The notes beneath the pieces are model-generated. The model did not search any database and was not told the DNA's origin. It worked only from the letters and a program-made list of their open reading frames with translations. From Candidatus Terraquivivens tikiterensis (GTDB lineage: Archaea; Thermoproteota; Nitrososphaeria_A; Caldarchaeales; Wolframiiraptoraceae), in contig NDWU01000006.1 of assembly GCA_003056285.1 (NCBI GenBank), positions 1,543 to 65,542 on the forward strand: a stretch of DNA of 64,000 nucleotides, written 5' to 3'. Position numbers and translations under genes: made by a program. This document shows, piece after piece, positions 38,559 through 48,192 of this stretch (positions are counted from its first letter, which is position 1; each line of letters begins with the position of its first letter).

Positions 38559-39279
38559 GGCCATACTCGCGCTCGTGATGGTCAACGGGATCAAGCCGGT
38601 CATCAGGAGCCCGCTCTGGCTCGTCGTTATGCTGATGTATCCGCTGGTGCTGATATTCTTCATCTACATATTCGCGGAGTATGCGATATCGGAGGCTCTG
38701 ATAGGCGGATTGGTTTCGCTCGTCGTGATGAGCGGCGTGGCGATCCAAGCGGACATAGTCTGGTACAAGGTGGAGCTTAAGTTCCAGGATATGGCCGTGG
38801 CATCGCCAACCCCACCCACCGTTTACATGATAGGTATGGCGGTCTCAGAGCTTGCGTACAGCTCTCCAGCGATTGCCCTCTTCTTGGCTCTCATGGGAAT
38901 CAAGGGGATGTTAGGATTATCTAGCATTCCGATGCTTATTGTATCCATGCTGCTGTGCTGGCTCTCGTCGCTCTCAATAGGCTTCTACCTCTCGACACGC
39001 ATATCCGACATAAGGCACATATGGGCCCTGGAGGGGCTTATCTCGATAGTGCTCAGCATGCTTCCGCCTATATACTATCCGATGGGTCTCTTGCCGGAAT
39101 GGGCCCAAATACTATCCATGCTCGTTCCAACGACGCACGCGGCGCTGCTCGCGAAGGAGGCCGTCGGAATAGTATCGCTCACGGGCTACCAGAGGTTGAC
39201 GAGCCTAGCGATCCTTTTGCTGTGGACGGCCGCGCTCTTGGTAGTCGCCGGAAAAAAGTCTGTATGGAGGGAGCCTTGA
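38500..39279 (+). CDS. ABC-2 type transporter permease
   Basis: Six predicted TM helices; overlaps the ATPase gene. Confidence 0.8.
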   Translation: MWKMYSSGRWSPVELRKSIRAILALVMVNGIKPVIRSPLWLVVMLMYPLVLIFFIYIFAEYAISEALIGGLVSLVVMSGVAIQADIVWYKVELKFQDMAVASPTPPTVYMIGMAVSELAYSSPAIALFLALMGIKGMLGLSSIPMLIVSMLLCWLSSLSIGFYLSTRISDIRHIWALEGLISIVLSMLPPIYYPMGLLPEWAQILSMLVPTTHAALLAKEAVGIVSLTGYQRLTSLAILLLWTAALLVVAGKKSVWREP

Positions 39280-39281
39280 TA

Positions 39282-39355
39282 AGCCCCGGGCGGGATTCGA
39301 ACCCGCGGCCTGCGGCTTACAAGGCCGCCGCTATACCGGGCTAAGCTACCGGGGC
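39282..39355 (-). tRNA. tRNA-Thr(UGU), no intron
   Basis: Minus strand reads GCCCCGG-UA-GCUU-AGCCCGGUA-UAGC-G-GCGGC-CUUGUAA-GCCGC-AGGCC-GCGGG-UUCGAAU-CCCGC-CCGGGGC-U. Confidence 0.9.
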
Positions 39356-39390
39356 TCTTTCTATCTCCTAGAACACGTAAAATAAGAACA

Positions 39391-39840
39391 TTATCCTAAA
39401 TTTTTGTACATAACGATGGCATCCTCATCGCCGTAGTATCCTCGCACCTTTCCTTTTTCGACAAACCCTATGCTCCGGTAAAATTTCCTGGCCACGAGGT
39501 TCGACTCCCTGACCTCCAGCCAAACCTCCGATGCTCCCGACGCCTTTACGTAAGATGCTGCAGCCTCCATCAAAGCCCTTCCTATGCCGGTACGCCTGAA
39601 GCCTTCCTCAACAGCAAGGTTGAGGACGTGGCCGACCTTCTTGCCGTCTCTCTCTTCGACATCTACGACGACGTACCCTACGAGTTTTCCGTTTACCGTC
39701 GCTACCCTAACGCTTTCTGGGTTTTTCAGATATAGGTGCATAAAGGCATGACACGGCCATGGGTCTTTGAAGGAGCTTTTCTCAATCCTGCAGACTTCCC
39801 GTATGTCAGATGGTCTGAACGCTCTTATCGTTAGTTCCAT
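39391..39840 (-). CDS. rimI: GNAT N-acetyltransferase (RimI/Ard1-like)
   Basis: ..HVLNLAVEEGFRRTGIGRALME.. acetyl-CoA motif; 149 aa. Confidence 0.8.
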   Translation of the reverse strand: MELTIRAFRPSDIREVCRIEKSSFKDPWPCHAFMHLYLKNPESVRVATVNGKLVGYVVVDVEERDGKKVGHVLNLAVEEGFRRTGIGRALMEAAASYVKASGASEVWLEVRESNLVARKFYRSIGFVEKGKVRGYYGDEDAIVMYKNLG

Positions 39841-40057
39841 GCCTCGTTTTTGTTCAAGGATTAAATATTTCAGGCTTTCCCGTAGCAGAGGATAGAAAGG
39901 GGTAGAAGCGAAGAAAGATAGAGCCCATTACGCTATATAACATTCAAGACATGAGCTCAAATGGTGTCTAGATTCCCATAAATCGGCAATGGTGGATTGG
40001 TGAGTCCACGATTTTACGTTCCAACGAGTAAAAGTGGTGGAGTTCTCAGCCGGGACA

Positions 40058-40324
40058 TCAAAATCGAAGGGATGGCCTCTCAACTTCTTCCTTTTTTGCA
40101 CCAAGCATGCCGAGCGTGAATATAAACCATGCGACGAAGCCACAAACTACGCCGTTGAAGATTGCTATAACTAGCGGTGTGACAGGGATTCCAAGCACCG
40201 GATAGTCAGTTTTCGGAACGCCCAATAGCCCGTAGAGCATTTCACCTGGAGGGATGTTTACAACGTTCAACGTTACGAATAAAAATAGGGCAAAAACTAC
40301 CAAGAACACCATTGCTCCTTTCAT
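40058..40324 (-). CDS. small membrane protein
   Basis: Three hydrophobic segments; 88 aa. Confidence 0.55.
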   Translation of the reverse strand: MKGAMVFLVVFALFLFVTLNVVNIPPGEMLYGLLGVPKTDYPVLGIPVTPLVIAIFNGVVCGFVAWFIFTLGMLGAKKEEVERPSLRF

Positions 40325-40473
40325 CTAAACACCAAACAACACTTTACGTGTTGTAAATCTAACTATGTACTTAAGGTTTTATTGTGTCTCAAACTCATGT
40401 GTCCTTATACCCTCAAAACAACCGTCGCCCATGAAAATAATTCAGCGCCGTCCGTTTGCTGCTCAACTTGACC

Positions 40474-41379
40474 CTAAAACAGCTTAATCATCCTTTCAAA
40501 TTCCTTGATCCTCTGCTTCACCTCGTAATATTCCTCGACGTCCTTCCATGTCAGTATTCTGAATACGTCTTTCATTTCGTGAAACGACCCCTCTACCCAT
40601 CTCTTTGCATCATCAAACTGCTCCTTTGTTGTGATGAGTACCGGTATAGCGTTCCAAAGGTCGAAAGCATGTTTCAGCTTGCTCAGCGCCTCAAAAATGT
40701 TCCCGCCAAACTGAACCTCGAATGCTACCGACGGGACGCTTTTGGGCGTTTTCCTCCATACAACATCGATTTTTCTATTCTCTATCTGGTATTCGACCTC
40801 TGGAAACCTATTTTGTATCTTTCCTATCTGGTATATGATTCTTTTAACGAGGTCGTGATCAGGTCTATCCAGCTTTAGCCTTTCGTTACGGCTACGAAAC
40901 TCGCTTAAAATTTTATCAAAATAAGAGCGTTCATAGGTTTCGCCCTCACCGAAGAGCAACAACGACCACCTATCTGCCTTTTGTCTAAACATTTTGATCC
41001 CTAACAGCTGCAACTCATCCTTTACTACAGGCTCAACGGTCTCTAACTTATCCCTAGAAAATTCATCGATTGGGAAAATTGGTCTGAGCTTAACCTGCCA
41101 AGGGTAACCCGTCGGGTTCTGTACCCAATACCTCACGGGTTCCCGGTTCTCCTTCTTATCTTCGATCAGGCATAACATCCATACGCCCTTAACGCCCCTG
41201 AATTCTCCATAAACGAGTACCTCGTTGCCAACCTCAAGCTTATCCCACTTTTTCTTGTTAATCCCGAGCTTGTCCTCGGGGAACCCCCACAGCCCCTCTT
41301 TGAACAGGGACTCTGTGTGAGGGTGGGTAAAACTTAATATGTTTATCAAAGCGCCCCTCTTCAAAAAGGTCGACCACAA
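40474..41379 (-). CDS. PUA-like (EVE/ASCH-like) domain fused to a PD-(D/E)xK-type nuclease-like domain
   Basis: The N-terminus has ..GLWGFPED..W.KLEVGNEVLVYGEFRGVKGVWMLC...YPWQVKL. The C-terminus has ..EVEYQI...IDVVW....AFEVQFGG..ALSKL... (E / D / ExQ pattern). The gene is AT-richer than its neighbours. Confidence 0.6.
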   Translation of the reverse strand: MWSTFLKRGALINILSFTHPHTESLFKEGLWGFPEDKLGINKKKWDKLEVGNEVLVYGEFRGVKGVWMLCLIEDKKENREPVRYWVQNPTGYPWQVKLRPIFPIDEFSRDKLETVEPVVKDELQLLGIKMFRQKADRWSLLLFGEGETYERSYFDKILSEFRSRNERLKLDRPDHDLVKRIIYQIGKIQNRFPEVEYQIENRKIDVVWRKTPKSVPSVAFEVQFGGNIFEALSKLKHAFDLWNAIPVLITTKEQFDDAKRWVEGSFHEMKDVFRILTWKDVEEYYEVKQRIKEFERMIKLF

Positions 41380-41510
41380 GATAGATAACTTGACGCTGAT
41401 TTAAGCATTATAGCGCAGGAGCGCCTCCGTTGCCTATGACACGCTCTGCGGCTTTATTCTTGCCTATTTTAGCAATAGGCCAATCATGCCGACTAGCCTT
41501 TTTGCAAAAA

Positions 41511-41675
41511 ATGCACATCGTTGTCAGACCAGTTGACTTTAGGCTTAAACCGGTAGAGCCTGACCTCATGCTCATGAAGTCTCCAGTCACAGGATATTTG
41601 GTCATGAGGTCAGGGAAGGATTGCATATTCTGCATGGCTTATGAGGCCTCATGCCCACTACAGGCCATAAAATAA
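41511..41675 (+). CDS. 54-aa ORF with a degenerate ferredoxin cluster motif
   Basis: MHIVVRPVDFRLKPVEPDLMLMKSPVTGYLVMRSGKDCIFCMAYEASCPLQAIK. CIFCMAYEASCPLQAI aligns to CxxCxxCxxxCPxxAI with the third Cys replaced by Tyr. Confidence 0.4.
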   Translation: MHIVVRPVDFRLKPVEPDLMLMKSPVTGYLVMRSGKDCIFCMAYEASCPLQAIK

Positions 41676-41803
41676 CGCCGCCGTAAAATCGATTAAACGG
41701 TCCGACGTTTGCCGAGCGCCCAGAGGCCACCGTACCCTCTCAAGACCTTTTGCGAACCGCCCTAAAATCTTTAAAAGGTACTCGTTTTTCGAAAAGGGAA
41801 GGG

Positions 41804-42847
41804 ATGATCGCCCCTCCATTCTTAGTTTCCTATGCTGTTACGAAGAAATGTAATCTGAAATGTAAGCATTGCTACAGCGACTCTGCAGAAGAACGGTCAC
41901 CTGACGAGCTATCCATTACTGAGGCCAAAAGATTAATCGAGGATTTGGCCAACTGGGGTATAAAGCTCTTAATATTTGACGGTGGCGAACCACTCTGCAG
42001 GGAAGACTTTCTTGACATCGCAAAGCACGCCTCCAGGATGGGCCTAAAGACGGTCGTGGGAACCAACGGAACGCTCCTGGACACGGAGACCGTTAAGAAG
42101 ATGCTGGAGGCTGGAATAGAGTGCGTGCAGATATCCATCGACGGCTCGAGGCCTGAGACGCACGACGAGTTTAGGGGAGAAGTAGGCTCCTTCAAGAAAG
42201 CGATGGACGGTGTTAAAGCGTGTAGGGAGGCAGGGATGCCGTTCCAGTTTGGGATGGTCATAAGAAAAAATACGCTGAGAGAAATTCCTGAGATGTTAAA
42301 CCTAGCTGTAGCGAATGGCGCGATAGCTGCAGAGTTCTTCGACCTAGTCGAGGTTCCGAGGGTTAAGATGAGGTGCCCAGAACAGGTTCTGGATAGGACG
42401 GAAAGGAGGGAAGTTATGGAATGGCTTGCCGAGGCGCAAAGGGATTGCCCGATAATAATAAGGGTGCCTGGGTGCCCTATGTACACGCTTGTACTAAAGG
42501 AGAGAAACATCGCGCCTAAACATTTTCCGTCCGGGCTCCTTAAGAGGATACCATACTACGATAGGGGATGCGCGGCTGGCATGCCAAACGGCTACGTTAC
42601 CGTACTTCCGAACGGTGACGTTATTCCATGCATGCTCCTTCAAGTTAAGCTCGGGAACGTTAGGCAGAAAAGCATCGTGGAGATTTGGGAGGAATCGTCT
42701 GTTCTAGAAAAACTTAGGGATAGGAGGTCGCTCAAAGGAAGGTGCGGTGAATGCAGGTTTAGAGACGTATGCGCGGGATGTCGCGGAAGGGCCTACGAAT
42801 CGACGGGTGATTTCATGGAAACAGACCCTGGATGTTGGCTCGTTTGA
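41804..42847 (+). CDS. radical SAM enzyme with C-terminal SPASM-type Cys-rich domain
   Basis: CNLKCKHC (CX3CX2C) and GGEPL. C-terminal CAAG..C....C..CGEC.F...C.GC.GRAY...GD....DP.C is typical of AhbD/NirJ-like or cofactor/peptide maturases. Confidence 0.85.
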   Translation: MIAPPFLVSYAVTKKCNLKCKHCYSDSAEERSPDELSITEAKRLIEDLANWGIKLLIFDGGEPLCREDFLDIAKHASRMGLKTVVGTNGTLLDTETVKKMLEAGIECVQISIDGSRPETHDEFRGEVGSFKKAMDGVKACREAGMPFQFGMVIRKNTLREIPEMLNLAVANGAIAAEFFDLVEVPRVKMRCPEQVLDRTERREVMEWLAEAQRDCPIIIRVPGCPMYTLVLKERNIAPKHFPSGLLKRIPYYDRGCAAGMPNGYVTVLPNGDVIPCMLLQVKLGNVRQKSIVEIWEESSVLEKLRDRRSLKGRCGECRFRDVCAGCRGRAYESTGDFMETDPGCWLV

Positions 42848-43077
42848 TCTGGTTTGGGTATGAAGATTTTCCTCACATCGACGGTTTATATTAAAGCTAA
42901 TGGACCCTAGCTCAGTTCTTCGTGAGGCACCTAGTCAAGTAGGCAGCGGTTCGTTAGCGGCCACTGCGAAATTCCCAGAACCGCCTGGAATCCGTTAAAT
43001 ATCTCTTCGGCCTGGCTACAGGCCGAAAGACGATATGACGTGTTTGAAGATCCGATATATTTATTCCTAACAAGGTT

Positions 43078-43374
43078 GGGGCGTGTGGCCCGTAGTCCTC
43101 CTTCTGTTTTAGGCGGGATTTGTCTAATCGGCACCGAGGCCTCGTGGGGGCAACTCAAAGGCCTCGTCTGCCTTTCCCGCGCGGGCCGCCCGTTCCACTC
43201 GCTCCCGATGCCTCGTCAGCGGCTTCTGGCCGCATCAAGCTCATCGACATCGGGGGATATCGTTTCTGGTGCGTTGCCAGGGGTCTCCCCCTACGCCTCG
43301 CGGCGTCGCGCGCCCCCGCTCGGGGGAGGAACTTCCGCAGGAGCTCCCCGAGACCCGCCCAGCCACTCGCCCCG
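43078..43374. ncRNA. GC-rich, highly structured ~300-nt RNA candidate (identity and strand unresolved)
   Basis: The ends pair (43078-43089 with 43362-43373, 11 of 12 bp), followed by a second 8-bp helix (43110-43117 with 43354-43361) and many internal perfect hairpins. Its GC resembles the rRNA/tRNAs rather than coding DNA. Overlapping ORFs translate to R/S/P/G-rich nonsense. Confidence 0.5.
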
Positions 43375-44574
43375 TTAAATCGAAGCTAGAATCGCTAATT
43401 AGGCTTTTCCCGGCCGCTAGTGAAGCTTTATAAAGCCAGCTAAATGCTTCGTGAAGGAATGCAATACCTAGTTAAAATATCTTGTTTCCAATAACCAAAA
43501 AGCCTTATTAATGACCATCAAGAATTGAATGATTGCCAAAGCGTTGTATGAAAGCTGCCGGTCTTGGACCGGTTTGCTCGATGCGGGAGTAAGTGAAGCT
43601 TACTGTGACCGCGCTCAAAGGCCTGGAGACGTCGCCAGCTGGGCGGCGTGGAACGCCTAGGCCAGGGTACGCCAGCCGGTGGATAACTCGGCTTGGGCGC
43701 CGACGAAGGGCGTGGCAAGCTGCGATAAGCCCCGGGTAGCCGCATGCAGGCGTCGATCCGGGGATGCCCTAATGGGATTTCCTGCAGCCGGTCGCGCAAG
43801 CGGCTGGCTGCGTACCGCGTTATGCGGTACGGGAACCCCCCGAACGGAAACATCCAAGTAGGGGGAGGAAAAGAAACCAAAATGGGATTCCCTGAGTAAC
43901 GGCGAGTGAAAGGGGAACAGCCCAAACCGAATCCCTACGGGTGACCGTAGGGAGATGTAGGGTTATGGACCGGTCGCCCGCTTAGCCCGCAGAGCCGAAG
44001 CGACCTGGAAAGGTCCGCCATAGAGGGTGAAAGCCCCGTAGGCGAAGGCGGGCTAAGGGAAGGACCGGTATCCAGAGTACCGTACCTCGGATATGGTGCG
44101 GGAAGTTGGGAGCCATCGGCTTCCAAGGCTAAATACGTCCCAAGACCGATAGCGCACCAGTACCGTGAGGGAAAGTTGAAAAGAACCCCGGGAGGGGTGT
44201 GAAAAGCGCTTGAAACCGGCTGGTAACAGACGAGTGCGGCCTGAAAGGGCAATCCACCCGAAGGCTTCCTTCTGGGAGCCGAGGGTGGATACCAGGGTCG
44301 CACGCTCCGTCTTGAAACACGGGCCGGGGAGTTCATGGCCATGGCGAGCTTAAGCGCTCACCAAGGCGCGTAGGCGTGGGGAAACCGACATGCCCGCAAC
44401 CAGGGTTTTCCCTGGTGAGGGGCGGGGTCCGAAAGGGCCTGGAGTCATGGCCATGAGACTAGAAACCGGGCGATCTAGCCCTGGGTAGGGTGAAGCCGGG
44501 CGAAAGCCCGGTCGAGGCCCGAAGGGGTCTTGACGTGCAATTCGGTCCTCTGACCCGGGGCTAGGGGCGAAAAA

Positions 44575-44609
<35 letters not shown>

Positions 44610-45066
44610 GTGAGTCGCAGCTCAGCCTCCGGCGAGGTAGCCCAGGGGGTAGAGCACCGATAGGGGGGTAAGGGCTCGAAAGGGCCCGCCTTCCTTTCGA
44701 ACTCCGAATACCTGGGCGCCGTAGACCCGGGGAGTGGGGCATGGGGGGTAAGCTCCCATGCCGAGAGGGGAACAACCCAGACCTAGGGTTAAGGCCCCTA
44801 AGTGCCCGCTAAGTGACAAACCAAAGGGCGTCTCCAGCCTAAGACAGCGGGGCCGTAGGCTTAGAAGCAGCCATCGGCTAAGAAGTGCGTAACAGCTTAC
44901 CCGCCGAGGCTGGGGGCCCCGAAAATTGACGGGTCTAAGCGGGCCGCCGAAACCCTGGTCCACCAAGCGTGTGCTTGGTGGAGGTAGGAGGGCGTGACGG
45001 TTGGGCAGAAGCCGGGCCGTGAGGTCCGGTGGACCGACCGTCAATGTAGATCCCGGTGGTAGTAAC

Positions 45067-45098
<32 letters not shown>

Positions 45099-45586
45099 GG
45101 GGCAAGGGTCTCCTGGCAATGCGTCGTCAGCCAGGAGTAAGCCGGTCCTAAGGCCGACCTTAACCGGGTAGGCCGAAAGGGAAACCGGTTAAGATTCCGG
45201 TGCCTCCGGGATACGTGCGGCGACGCAAGCCCAGCCTCCGACGCTTCGGGGTAGGCCGAGCCGGGCCGTAGCCCGGTCTAACCGTATAAGCCTGGGGAGT
45301 GCCGTAAAGGCGAGAACCAGGTGAAAGCGGGAATGGCCGCCCGTATGGGCGGTTCGGCTGATCCCTGGAGCCCGTGAAAAGGGGGCTGGGAAGGATTCCC
45401 GGAGACCGTGCCAAGAACCGACACAGGTGCCCCTAGGTGAGAAGCCTAAGGCGTATCGGGTCACTCCGGGGTGAGGGAACTCGGCAAATTGGCCCCGTAC
45501 CTTTGGTAGAAGGGGTGCCTGCGGCCCTGGTGGAGACACTGGGGCCGCAGGTCGCAGTGACCAGGGGGTCCCGACTGTTTAATAAA

Positions 45587-46189
45587 CGGACAAAGGCACC
45601 GGCCAAATCTTTAAATATTATATCTATAGAAAGTTTATGAGGTGTACATCGACCCATACATTGTCGGTATCTTCTTTGGAGATGGAGTTACATATAAAAC
45701 CAAACACGGTGCATACTGCGTTTGGATAGACCAAAAAGACAAAAATAAGGGCATTCTAGAAAGCGAGGTTATTCCAAGGCTTAAAAAGATGGGCCTCAAA
45801 GTATACTTTTATAGCTATTACGCAAAAGCTGACCGCACTTTGAAGTGGCGTGTCTTAACGTACTCAAAAGAATTGTACATGGCAATTCGTAGCATCTCCA
45901 GAAGGATAGCAGAATACTTCAGTACTCTTTCGGATAAAGATGCAACGCAGTTTATCGCAGGCTTCTTCGACGCTGAAGGCACGAAAACGGACAGGATTGT
46001 AATATACAATCAAAACCTTGAACTTCTTAAGATAGTAAAGCAGAGGTTGATAAACTTAAGCATTCAAAATCCTCACATCTACAGATTTGGGTCGATTTAT
46101 GGATTACAAATATACTGTAAAAGATCTGTGAAAAAATTTCTAGAGTTAATCCCTTCTTGTAGGCTAAAGGTGCGCTTGTCCGGTTAAAA
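45587..46189 (+). other. 23S rRNA intron 1 (archaeal splicing type)
   Basis: Interrupts GACUGUUUAAUAAA|AACAUAGG. The intron ends pair (cggacaaaggcacc / ggtgcgcttgtccg). The boundary is ambiguous within the A-run. Confidence 0.8.
45642..46187 (+). CDS. LAGLIDADG homing endonuclease, two-motif, apparently intact
   Basis: IVGIFFGDGV and FIAGFFDAEG motifs in a 181-aa ORF wholly inside intron 1. Confidence 0.85.
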   Translation: MYIDPYIVGIFFGDGVTYKTKHGAYCVWIDQKDKNKGILESEVIPRLKKMGLKVYFYSYYAKADRTLKWRVLTYSKELYMAIRSISRRIAEYFSTLSDKDATQFIAGFFDAEGTKTDRIVIYNQNLELLKIVKQRLINLSIQNPHIYRFGSIYGLQIYCKRSVKKFLELIPSCRLKVRLSG

Positions 46190-46317
46190 AACATAGGAAG
46201 CCGCAAGACCGAAAGGTTTTGAACGGCTTCTGAATCCTGGCCAGTGGGGGTACCTGAAACCCGGGTCCAACCGGGCTAAGGGCCCCTAAACGCCGGGAGT
46301 AACTCTGACTCTCTTAA

Positions 46318-46878
46318 CGGGACCTCCCCACCCCTTAGAGACATATTTTAAATAAAGGTGATCGATCGTTAGCTATGACTGGCGAGCTTGAGAAAGGCTA
46401 CGTAAGTGGTTTAATTGACGCCGAAGCCAGCTTTTCAGTAAGCGTAAAGGTTCAAAACAATTTACGTTGCAAGGTTCGCGTCGATCCAGTTTTCAGTATA
46501 ACACAAATGAGCAGAAAACCGTTAGAAATTGCTCAGAGGGTCCTTGGTTGCGGCAGGATAATACGAAAACCCGGTCAAACACATCTATGGATGCTCGTTG
46601 TGGACCGTTTAGATGATCTCTCTCAAAGATTGATTCCGGCCCTAAACGAACTTAAATTAATATCTAAAAATCTGTATACGGTTTGTTTCGAGAAGTAGTT
46701 TTTAAGCTAGCTAGAAAGAAATACTCCTTAACCTGCAAGGATATTAGAGAACTAGTGATAATGGCTTACAAATTATCAGAACTTAACTCGAAATCCACTC
46801 GTAAAAGGTCTCTTAAAGATACTCTTTCCCTAATTCCTCTCTCGGATAATCATGGGGGTGGGCAAGGCCCGGGAGAAA
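46318..46878 (+). other. 23S rRNA intron 2
   Basis: Interrupts CUCUUAA|GGUAGCCAAAUGCC. Confidence 0.8.
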
Positions 46879-46883
46879 GGTAG
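46375..46883 (+). pseudogene. single-motif (I-CreI-like) LAGLIDADG endonuclease split by a 1-nt frameshift near 46680-46690
   Basis: YVSGLIDAEASFSV is in the first frame (to 46698). The C-terminal part (..FREVVFKLARKK...LSELNSKSTRKRSL..) is in a second frame from 46683. Confidence 0.7.
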
Positions 46884-47400
46884 CCAAATGCCTTGTCGGG
46901 TAAGTTCCGACGTGCATGAATGGATCAACGAGGGCCCCACTGTCCCCACCCGGAGCCCGGTGAACCCACGTAACGTGGGCGAACAGTCCACGAGCCCCCA
47001 GCGGGGAAAGAAGACCCTGTGGAGGTTTACTGCAGCCTGCTGCTGGGATGCGGTCGGAGGCACAGAGCGTAGGCGGGAGCCGTAGATCCCAACTCCTCCG
47101 GGAGTTGGGGGAGGCGCCGATGTAACACCGCCTGCCTTTGGCTGCATCCCTGACCGGGGCCGAGGCCCTGGGACAACGGCAGGTGGGCAGTTCGGCTGGG
47201 GCGGCACCCCCTTGAAAAGATATCGAGGGGGCCCAAAGGTCGGCTTAGGCGGGACAGAAACCCGCCGTTAAGTGTAAGGGCAAAAGCCGGCCTGACTGGA
47301 CCCTTGAACGCAAGGGGTCCAGAGGCGAAAGCCGGGCCTAGCGATCCTTCAACTCCCACCGATGGGGGTTGGAGGTGACAGAAAACTTACCCCAGGGATA

Positions 47401-48039
47401 CTGCGCGCATCGCCCGATTCCTGCCAAAACCCTTTTAACCGGGTGTCTACAAAAAAGTTAAGATTACTATGGATCTTTCCGACGACATATATTTCTTGGT
47501 GGGAGCATTGGAGGATGGATATCTTGGCATGCGGAAAAGTAAGGGAGAATACCTCATAGAATTTTATCAAAAGAATGAGGCTTGGCTGTCCAATGAGATA
47601 CTGATGAGATTAAGATGAGATTAAATAAGAATGGATTCAACACCTCAGTAATATTACAAAGTGGCGGTCTATTCGAAGAAGCTTTATACGATGCTTCAAA
47701 AGGCGAAAAAGCATTTGTATGTACAACTAACGAAGACAGACCTTGACGATAGGAGGACCTTAGGTTACGTCCAAGCGATGTTTGATAGTGAAGGAGCGGT
47801 TCACAAAAACTTAGCTAGAATAACTCTCTGGAATAAGGATGAAAATAAACTTAAGTTGGTTAAGAGGTTGTTAGAGAAAGCCGGCATAACTTGCGGCAAA
47901 ATAACTAGGTCGAGAAACGTTTACGGACTTCCGATTTATGGTAAGGATAATTTAGTTTTATTTGCGAAAAAGATAGGATTCAGACACCCGGTTAAGAGGG
48001 CAAGGTTGGCAGGTAAGGGCGCCTTGGCGCAGCCCTAAA
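47401..48039 (+). other. 23S rRNA intron 3
   Basis: Interrupts CCAGGGAUA|ACAGGCU. The intron ends pair (ctgcgcgc / ggcgcag). Confidence 0.8.
47469..48038 (+). pseudogene. two-motif LAGLIDADG endonuclease broken by a stop and a frameshift
   Basis: MDLSDDIYFLVGALEDGYLG... stops at 47616-47618. The second half (..YVQAMFDSEGAVH..) is in another frame from 47661. Confidence 0.7.
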
Positions 48040-48104
48040 ACAGGCTCGTCGCGGGCGAGAGTTCCCATCGACCCCGCGGCTTGGTACCTCGATGTCGGCT
48101 CTTC

Positions 48105-48136
<32 letters not shown>

Positions 48137-48149
48137 CGGCTGTTCGCCG

Positions 48150-48192
<43 letters not shown>

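Noticed and set aside
41408-41635. 75-aa minus-strand ORF
   Set aside because: It overlaps the plus-strand sORF that carries the ferredoxin-like motif and has no recognisable features.
42902-43030. tRNA-like start ggaccctagctcagtt and three hairpins
   Set aside because: The D stem does not close, there is no T arm (no GTTCRANYC) and no matching 3' acceptor strand. The TATA spacing is also wrong.
43078-43374. Firm call as RNase P RNA
   Set aside because: P4-like and J11/12-like strings exist on the minus strand, but the putative P4 3' strand lies outside the second helix. This order is wrong for RNase P topology, so the call needs a covariance-model search.
43040-43389. Two overlapping plus-strand ORFs (112 and 89 aa)
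   Set aside because: The R/S/P/G-rich low-complexity translations overlie an end-paired GC-rich structured segment. This is treated as an ncRNA candidate instead.
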